This document shows, piece by piece, positions 59,802 through 64,000 of a stretch of 64,000 nucleotides of DNA; the first letter of the stretch is position 1, and the number at the start of each line of letters is the position of its first letter. The stretch is taken from contig JAFGJB010000008.1 of assembly GCA_016929295.1 (NCBI GenBank), positions 12,917 through 76,916 on the forward strand, in the 5' to 3' direction. A program made the translations under genes and the position numbers. This stretch comes from Candidatus Zhuqueibacterota bacterium. GTDB lineage: Bacteria; Zhuqueibacterota; Zhuqueibacteria; Residuimicrobiales; Krinioviventaceae. A model generated the notes under the pieces. The model saw nothing but the letters and a program-made list of their open reading frames with translations, ran no database searches and had not been told where the DNA came from.

Positions 59802-61250
59802 ATGCACTACGAGCCGATCATTGGCCTGGAAGTTCACGTTCAGCTGAAAACAAACACAAAGATATTTTGCGGATGCTCCACCGCGTTCGGCGCTCCGCCC
59901 AATAGTCAGGTTTGCCCGGTCTGCCTAGGCATGCCCGGGGTGCTTCCGGTCTTGAATGAGCGCGTCATTGAATTTGCGACCCGTCTGGCGCTGGTCACGC
60001 GTTCGCACATCAACAGCTTTTCTCTGCTCGCGCGCAAGAATTATTTTTACCCTGATTTGCCCAAGGCTTACCAGATATCACAATTTGAACAACCCTTCTG
60101 TGAACACGGCAGGCTTGATATCTTCCTTGACGGTGCAAAAAAGACGATTGGCATCACACGAATTCATATGGAGGAAGATGCGGGGAAATCTCTGCATGCC
60201 GAATCGTTCGTTCGCAAAAATGAGACCTTGATTGATTTAAACCGCTGCGGCACGCCGCTTTTGGAGATCGTCAGCGAACCCGATTTTCGCTCTGCCAGAG
60301 AGGCCTATGAATACCTCGTAGAACTACGCCAAATCGTCGTCTATCTCGGCATCTGTGACGGGATTATGGAAGAAGGCAGCCTTCGCTGCGATGCCAATGT
60401 CTCAATTCGACCGGTGAATGAGACCAGGTTCGGCACCAAGACCGAGTTAAAAAATATGAACTCTTTCCATGCCGTCGAAAAAGCAATTGACTTTGAAATC
60501 CGTCGGCAAGAGATGCTGATCGAGCACCATGGCCGCGTCGAGCAGCAAACATTGCTGTGGGATGCCAGTCGCAATATCGCCGTGCCGATGCGCAGCAAAG
60601 AATATTCGCATGATTATCGCTATTTTCCCGATCCTGATTTGGTGCCGATCACGATAACTCGGGAATTTATCGAAAAAATAGCACAAAATCTTCCCGAGTT
60701 GCCGGAAGCAAAACGACAGCGTTTTCAATCAGAATTCAATCTGTCCGACTATGATGCTGGCGTTCTCACCGCGACGCCGGAATTGGCCGCCTATTTTGAA
60801 GCTGTGACTGCTCTGGTGAAGAATAAAAAAAATGCCGCTTACTGGACTATGGGCCATGTTTTGCGGGCTCTCAAAGAACATGATGTTTCCATCAGCACCA
60901 TTCCGGTCACGCCGACCTTTCTGGCCGAGATTCTTCATCTTTTGGAAGAGGGCACGATAAATGCCAGTTCGGCGAAAATCGTTTTCGATGACTGTCTCAA
61001 GACCGGCCGACGCCCGCGGGCGATTGTTCAGGAAAAGGGGCTTTTGCAGATTACTGAAAAAAGCGAGATCGAAGCGGTGGTCGATAAGATTATCGCCGAA
61101 AATCCGAATGACGTTCAAGATTATTTCAATGGCAATGACAAGGTGTTGGGATTTCTCATGGGAAAGGTCATGCGGGCGATGGGCGGCAAAGCTCATCCGC
61201 AGACAGTCAATGCACTTTTGCGTTCAAAGCTTGAAAAGTTCAGAGTATAA
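59802..61250 (+). CDS. gatB: Asp/Glu-tRNA amidotransferase subunit B
   Basis: IGLEVHVQL, RKNYFYPDLPK, HMEEDAGK, DYRYFPDPDL. Confidence 0.97.
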   Translation: MHYEPIIGLEVHVQLKTNTKIFCGCSTAFGAPPNSQVCPVCLGMPGVLPVLNERVIEFATRLALVTRSHINSFSLLARKNYFYPDLPKAYQISQFEQPFCEHGRLDIFLDGAKKTIGITRIHMEEDAGKSLHAESFVRKNETLIDLNRCGTPLLEIVSEPDFRSAREAYEYLVELRQIVVYLGICDGIMEEGSLRCDANVSIRPVNETRFGTKTELKNMNSFHAVEKAIDFEIRRQEMLIEHHGRVEQQTLLWDASRNIAVPMRSKEYSHDYRYFPDPDLVPITITREFIEKIAQNLPELPEAKRQRFQSEFNLSDYDAGVLTATPELAAYFEAVTALVKNKKNAAYWTMGHVLRALKEHDVSISTIPVTPTFLAEILHLLEEGTINASSAKIVFDDCLKTGRRPRAIVQEKGLLQITEKSEIEAVVDKIIAENPNDVQDYFNGNDKVLGFLMGKVMRAMGGKAHPQTVNALLRSKLEKFRV

Positions 61251-61267
61251 CGAAGGGATATCATTTT

Positions 61268-61831
61268 ATGGTCACGACATCAGATTTTCGCACCGGCCTG
61301 GTAGTAAAAATTGATGGAGAATTGTTTTCGATCGTCGAATTTCAGCACGTGAAAATGGGTCGCGGCGCCGCATTCACTCGCACCAAGCTGAAGAGTATGA
61401 GCAATGGCCGTATTCTTGAACGAACCTACCGCGGCAGTGACAAGCTCGAGGACGTGCGCGTTGAAAGACGCAATATGCAGTATTTATATCGCGAAGGCGA
61501 TAGTCTTGTCTGCATGGATAACGAGACCTACGAGCAGTTATCCCTCGACAGCAATTTAATGACCCCGGGCACAGATTTTCTCAAAGAGGGTGAGGCGATC
61601 AGCATCTTGATGGAAGGTGAGACGCCTATTGCCGCGGAAATGCCGATATTTGTTGAGCTTGAAATTGTGCATACCGAGCCGGGATTCAAAGGCGATACAG
61701 TTTCCGGCGCGACCAAGTCCGCCACAGTTGAAACCGGCGGCAAAGTGCAAGTGCCGCTTTTTGTTGAAAAAGGCGATATCATAAAAATAGATACGCGCAA
61801 CTCTGAATATCTGGAGCGCGTCAACAAATAG
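61268..61831 (+). CDS. efp: Elongation factor P with atypical KMGRG loop
   Basis: QHVKMGRGAAF, MQYLY, EPGFKGDT, VPLFV. Confidence 0.95.
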   Translation: MVTTSDFRTGLVVKIDGELFSIVEFQHVKMGRGAAFTRTKLKSMSNGRILERTYRGSDKLEDVRVERRNMQYLYREGDSLVCMDNETYEQLSLDSNLMTPGTDFLKEGEAISILMEGETPIAAEMPIFVELEIVHTEPGFKGDTVSGATKSATVETGGKVQVPLFVEKGDIIKIDTRNSEYLERVNK

Positions 61832-61849
61832 TCAATGACGGGGAGTGTC

Positions 61850-62329
61850 ATGAGAGCGAAACTAATACAAGAACTTGTGGGAATCGTCGAAAAGAGTAAT
61901 ATTGATGAGATTGAAGTGACGCGATGGTGGGGCCAAAAAGTTCGAATTCGAAAAAGCACGACTGCGGCAGCGGATCGTCAGGCTGCGCAGCCGGTCCCGT
62001 CGGCGTCAGCACCAGCGATATCTCCGGCAATTACCGTGAATCAGCCAACCATGCCGGAGCCCGCTCTCACTCCGATCGAAAACAGCAATTATGTCGAAAT
62101 CAAAGCCCCGATGGTCGGCACTTTTTATCGTGCATCTTCTCCCGATGTGGCCCCATATGTCAATGAGGGGGATATCGTCTCCAAAGGTCAGACTCTTTGC
62201 ATCATTGAGGCGATGAAGTTGATGAATGAACTCGAGGCAGATGTGAATGGACGAATCGTCAAAGTGCTGGTTGATAATTCCCAGCCAATCGAGTATAATC
62301 AACCACTGTTTCTCATCGATCCAGCCTAG
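61850..62329 (+). CDS. accB: Acetyl-CoA carboxylase biotin carboxyl carrier protein
   Basis: APMVGTFY, EAMKLMN biotinylation motif. Confidence 0.96.
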   Translation: MRAKLIQELVGIVEKSNIDEIEVTRWWGQKVRIRKSTTAAADRQAAQPVPSASAPAISPAITVNQPTMPEPALTPIENSNYVEIKAPMVGTFYRASSPDVAPYVNEGDIVSKGQTLCIIEAMKLMNELEADVNGRIVKVLVDNSQPIEYNQPLFLIDPA

Positions 62330-62344
62330 CAAAGGTGCTGACTC

Positions 62345-63691
62345 TTGTTTGATAAAATTCTCATAGCGAACCGTGGAGAGATAGCGCTGCGCATCATTCG
62401 TGCCTGCAAAGAATTGGGCATTGCAACAGTGGCCGTTTTCAGTGAACCGGATCGCGACAGTCTGCATGTTCGATTCGCCGATGAGGCGGTCTGCGTTGGT
62501 CCTGGGCCAAGCGCGCAAAGCTATCTCAAGATCACCAATCTCATCAGCGCCGCAGAAATCACCAATGCCGAGGCGATTCATCCGGGCTATGGTTTTTTGG
62601 CAGAAAATGCGCGCTTTGCGGAGATTTGTGAATCTTCCGACATCAAATTCATCGGCCCCTCTCCCAAAGTGATTGCGCAAATGGGAGACAAAGCTTTTGC
62701 CAAGGAGACGATGAAGAGAGCGCATGTTCCGACAATACCGGGATCAGACAGTGTGATCAAGTCGGCGAAAAATGCCGACAAGATCGTCAAGGAGGTCGGG
62801 CTGCCGGTCATCATCAAGGCTGTGGCCGGTGGCGGCGGGCGGGGCATGCGAGTTGTGCGTACGCTGGACGAATTGGATAAAAATTTCAATTCGGCGCAAC
62901 TGGAAGCCGGCGCTGCATTTGGCAATCCGGATCTTTACATTGAAAAATATTTTGAAAATCCACGCCACATTGAGGTGCAGCTTTTGGGTGATGATCACGG
63001 CAATGCGGTATCGCTGGGTGAACGCGAGTGTTCGATTCAACGTAAACACCAGAAATTGCTCGAAGAATCACCCTCGCCGGCTGTCGATCAGAAAATGCGC
63101 GAGCAAATAAGCGATGCCGCCATTCGCGGCGCGAAAGAGGTGAACTATAATAATGTCGGCACAATTGAATTCCTCATGGATGAAGATGGGCAATACTACT
63201 TTATGGAAATGAACACGCGAATTCAGGTGGAACATCCCGTCACCGAGGAAGTGCTTGATATCGATCTCATCAAAGAGCAGATAGAAATCGCCGCCGGAAA
63301 GCCTATTGACCAAAATCTGAAAAAGTACAAACTGCGTGGCCATGCAATCGAATGCCGGATTAATGCCGAAGATCCCGCGCAAGGCTTTCGTCCATCTCCC
63401 GGCATCATCACCAGCTTGCACACGCCGGGTGGAGTCGGTGTTCGCGTTGATACACATGCGTATGCCCAATATATGATTCCGGCCTATTACGATTCGCTCA
63501 TCGCCAAACTCATCACCCACGGGAAGAATCGCGCGGAAGCCATAGAACGTATGCTGCGCGCCCTGGATGAATTTGTCATCGAAGGCGTCGCGACGACGAT
63601 TCCGCTGCACAAGGCCATTCTAGCCAATGAAAGATTTCGAAATGGCAATTTTAATACAAAATTTTTAGAGACTGAGAATCTTTTCATTTAA
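62345..63691 (+). CDS. accC: Biotin carboxylase
   Basis: [34 protein letters not shown]. Confidence 0.97.
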   Translation: MFDKILIANRGEIALRIIRACKELGIATVAVFSEPDRDSLHVRFADEAVCVGPGPSAQSYLKITNLISAAEITNAEAIHPGYGFLAENARFAEICESSDIKFIGPSPKVIAQMGDKAFAKETMKRAHVPTIPGSDSVIKSAKNADKIVKEVGLPVIIKAVAGGGGRGMRVVRTLDELDKNFNSAQLEAGAAFGNPDLYIEKYFENPRHIEVQLLGDDHGNAVSLGERECSIQRKHQKLLEESPSPAVDQKMREQISDAAIRGAKEVNYNNVGTIEFLMDEDGQYYFMEMNTRIQVEHPVTEEVLDIDLIKEQIEIAAGKPIDQNLKKYKLRGHAIECRINAEDPAQGFRPSPGIITSLHTPGGVGVRVDTHAYAQYMIPAYYDSLIAKLITHGKNRAEAIERMLRALDEFVIEGVATTIPLHKAILANERFRNGNFNTKFLETENLFI

Positions 63692-63702
63692 GGAGGCTGA
63701 CC

Positions 63703-64000
63703 ATGCTATTCCCTGAAAAACTGAAATACTCGAATGATCATGAATGGGTGTCTGTGGATGGCGATGTGGCAACTGTCGGCATAACAGATTACGCCCAGGG
63801 TGAGTTGGGAGATCTGGTGTTTGTTGAACTGCCGGCTCCTGGATCAACCGTGGCGCAAGGAGAATCTTTTGGCACCATCGAGGCTGTTAAAGCAGTGTCC
63901 GATCTCTTCGCTCCGGTCAGCGGCGAAGTCATCGAAATCAACGACGCACTGGCAGATGATCCGGAAATTGTGAACAAGGATCCTTATGGAGATGGCTGGA
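63703..64000 (+). CDS. gcvH: Glycine cleavage system H protein (partial, runs off the window)
   Basis: Not in the ORF track. AGGAGG then ATG 63703: [15 protein letters not shown]...[12 protein letters not shown]...EAVKAVSD...NKDPYGDGW. Confidence 0.93.
   Translation, partial: MLFPEKLKYSNDHEWVSVDGDVATVGITDYAQGELGDLVFVELPAPGSTVAQGESFGTIEAVKAVSDLFAPVSGEVIEINDALADDPEIVNKDPYGDGW

Noticed and set aside
1..64000. CRISPR arrays, tRNA/rRNA genes, transposases, defence islands
   Set aside because: No regularly spaced repeats, cloverleaf signatures or matching ORFs seen by eye; a tRNAscan/CRISPR scan would be needed to be certain.

Overview
A 64-kb stretch of bacterial chromosome that is almost all coding and mostly housekeeping. 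It contains rnpB, recJ, ilvE, nusB, secA, smg-topA-xerC-hpf-hprK-PTS IIA/IIB, mazG, fusA2, ecfT-truA-htrA-purB-purC-psd-pssA-tatA-tatA-gatAB-efp-accBC-gcvH, some sugar-catabolism genes and two signalling operons. Gene content and order suggest an FCB-related lineage such as candidate phylum KSB1 or Calditrichota; this is inference, not proven. I found no CRISPR array, rRNA, tRNA, prophage or transposase. Five things stand out. (1) SecA is 2063 aa, and its extra length is internal tandem amplification: about 9 copies of a PPXD hairpin-helix motif and about 6 copies of the helical wing domain. (2) Several full-length housekeeping genes have lost catalytic residues: TopA and PurC in their usual gene positions, plus a FadD-like ligase and an M29 peptidase. 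(3) An adenylate cyclase with a probable non-canonical start is coupled to a beta-barrel-TPR fusion. (4) EF-P has an Arg at the loop tip (MGRG). (5) There are several candidate structured RNAs. All motif comparisons were made by eye from recalled family consensus sequences and need confirmation by alignment.
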